The notes below the pieces were generated by a model that saw nothing but the letters and a program-made list of their open reading frames with translations, was not told the origin of the DNA and did no database searches. 64,000 nucleotides of DNA, from contig JAXHMG010000003.1 in the NCBI GenBank assembly GCA_034521595.1, positions 1,504,001 to 1,568,000 on the forward strand. Reading direction: 5' to 3'. This DNA comes from Gemmatimonadota bacterium. Its GTDB lineage: Bacteria > Gemmatimonadota > Gemmatimonadetes > Longimicrobiales > Gaopeijiaceae. Each line of letters begins with the position of its first letter. The first letter of the stretch is position 1. Positions 62,473 through 64,000 of the stretch are shown here, one piece after another. The position numbers and the translations under genes are program-made.

Positions 62473-63576
62473 GTGCTTCTAGGATTGTACGTGAGCCCAC
62501 GTTCGGAAGGGAGTCCAACGCTGCAACGCGCCTTCACACGTCTGGCCGGGTTCACTCTGCTGTTTCTCGCGCTGAGTGGCGCCGGCACGTACGTCGTCCA
62601 CGACCAGGTCGCGGGACGCGGCGTCGCTCTGGATCCGGCCCTCCTCTCTCTGCCGGTCGTCAGCGCGGTCGGGGGACTGCTGCTCGTGTATTTCACCGCG
62701 GACGGTCTCCGCCTCTACTTCACGCTGCGCGCGCTGGGGCACCACCTGCCGCTGCGCGCGATCGCCCGGCTGGTCTTCATCAACCTCTTTTTCTCGAACG
62801 TGACGCCCATGGCGACAGGCGGCGGCCTGGCACAGATCTGGTACCTCAGGAGGCGAGGGGTGCCGCTGGGTCGGGCCACGGCCGCGACGACGATCCGCAC
62901 CGTCCTGGCGATGATCTTCATTTTCTCGACCGCTCCCGCCTTCCTGTTCGCCGGCTCAGGGCTCCGTGGCGTGCCCTCGGATGCGCCCCTCGCACTGTCC
63001 ATCTCGCTCATGGTGAGCGGGTACGCGCTGTTCTTCGCCGTGGTGCTGCTTCGGCCGCGCTGGCTCGCGATGGCCGTGACGGGTGGCGTTCGCGGGCTGC
63101 GCGTGTTCCGACTCATCAACGAGCAGCGGGCGCAACGTTGGCGCTTCGCGGGCAAGCGGGAGCTTCTGACCTTCGCCCGGAGCTTCGGTCGCTACCTGAG
63201 TGGCCCGAGGGTCGATGTCGCGCTCTCCATCGTCTTCACCGTGCTGTTTCTGGTGAGCCTCTTCTCCTTTCCCGCACTCCTTCTCTGGGGCCTCGACTAC
63301 GAGATCCCCTACCTCCAGATCCTCGGCCTGCTCGTGGTCACCACCTTCGTCATGTACTTCGCGCCCACGCCCGGTGCATCCGGGATCGCAGAGGGTGCGT
63401 TCGGCTACGCGTTCGCCGGCCTCGTGGCCGGCGGGCATCTCGTGCTGGTGACGCTCGCCTGGCGCTTCCTGACCGTCTACCTGGGGATGCTGGTGGGCGT
63501 GGCCGTGACCTTGCGCGAGGTCGCGCTTCCGGTTGCCGCTGGACCCACGGCGGCCTATCCTGCTCGGTCCCGATGA
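62473..63576 (+). CDS. Lysylphosphatidylglycerol synthase TM / flippase-like protein
   Basis: NVTPMATGG, PTPGASGIAEG, WRFLT. Confidence 0.88.
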   Translation: MLLGLYVSPRSEGSPTLQRAFTRLAGFTLLFLALSGAGTYVVHDQVAGRGVALDPALLSLPVVSAVGGLLLVYFTADGLRLYFTLRALGHHLPLRAIARLVFINLFFSNVTPMATGGGLAQIWYLRRRGVPLGRATAATTIRTVLAMIFIFSTAPAFLFAGSGLRGVPSDAPLALSISLMVSGYALFFAVVLLRPRWLAMAVTGGVRGLRVFRLINEQRAQRWRFAGKRELLTFARSFGRYLSGPRVDVALSIVFTVLFLVSLFSFPALLLWGLDYEIPYLQILGLLVVTTFVMYFAPTPGASGIAEGAFGYAFAGLVAGGHLVLVTLAWRFLTVYLGMLVGVAVTLREVALPVAAGPTAAYPARSR

Positions 63577-63652
63577 GCCCCTGGTCCCAGATCGTCACGG
63601 CCCGCACTCCTCAACCGTGCGCGTGAGCCGTCGACATGCCCCGATGCCACGA

Positions 63653-64000
63653 ATGACGACGCCCTCCATCTCGCGCCGGCTATCGGCGCTCGTGTTCATG
63701 CTCGTTGCCCTGCTCGGGCCGATGTCGCCCGAGGACAGCGCGGCCCAGACCATCCTGAACGTGGAGCGTCTGCAGCCCGGCGACGTTACGGGCTGGCACT
63801 GGGGTCTGCAGGGTGAGCTCAGCCTCAGCCGCGGCAATAGCGATTACGTGGACGCGCTCGCGGGCGTGGCCACCGGCCACCGGTGGAGCGATCACTGGCT
63901 GCGGCTCTTCCTGGGTCTCGACTATCGCTCGGAAACCGGAGCGGCGGTCCAGAATGACCGGTACGTGCACGTGCGGTACAACCGTTGGCTCGCCCCCCGA
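63653..64000 (+). CDS. DUF481-like outer-membrane beta-barrel protein (partial)
   Basis: Signal peptide ...AAQTILNVERL, SRGNSD, HVRYN; open to the window end. Confidence 0.7.
   Translation, partial: MTTPSISRRLSALVFMLVALLGPMSPEDSAAQTILNVERLQPGDVTGWHWGLQGELSLSRGNSDYVDALAGVATGHRWSDHWLRLFLGLDYRSETGAAVQNDRYVHVRYNRWLAPR

Overview
GC-rich bacterial window. The gene content (SusC/SusD-type loci, 6-bladed beta-propeller lipoprotein, DUF1028, DUF3494) suggests Gemmatimonadota, which is an inference. Positions 1-16.3 kb are an accessory island that ends at a tRNA-Leu(TAA) 5' half cut at the anticodon loop, with a phage small-terminase-like gene next to it. Most of the island is an integron-like cassette array read on the minus strand. 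It has an attI-like site at 15180-15198, at least 7 cassettes whose two ends match as long inverted repeats, and a family of 120-160 bp branched attC sites with covarying stems, but no integron integrase in the window. Cassette cargo includes a compact graspetide (ATP-grasp RiPP) cluster, a HEPN-motif protein, a GIY-YIG nuclease, a nucleotidyl-cyclase-like pair, a membrane protein split by IS21 and a beta-propeller lipoprotein. IS21, IS110 (IS1111-like, with readable bridge-RNA donor guides) and IS3 elements have invaded the array. Many genes in this part are frameshifted, from sequencing indels or decay. From 16.5-25.4 kb: a methyltransferase-like gene, two convergent arsenic operons (arsR-arsD/CMD-arsA-osmC and arsR-arsM-phosphoesterase-acr3), a ferritin-like gene and chdC/hemQ. 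From 27.9-38 kb: two near-identical defective IS91/ISCR-like copies flank Mla/Pqi ABC genes, OmpA, a DUF3494 ice-binding-like lipoprotein and a LuxR regulator. These are followed by a 5'-truncated groEL, a USP, an orphan cobB, an ECF sigma-FecR-SusC-SusD-2xDUF1028 locus, TauE, an LpxR-like gene, an atypical hydrolase, a family II PPase and a glycosyltransferase/glycosidase/flippase cluster.
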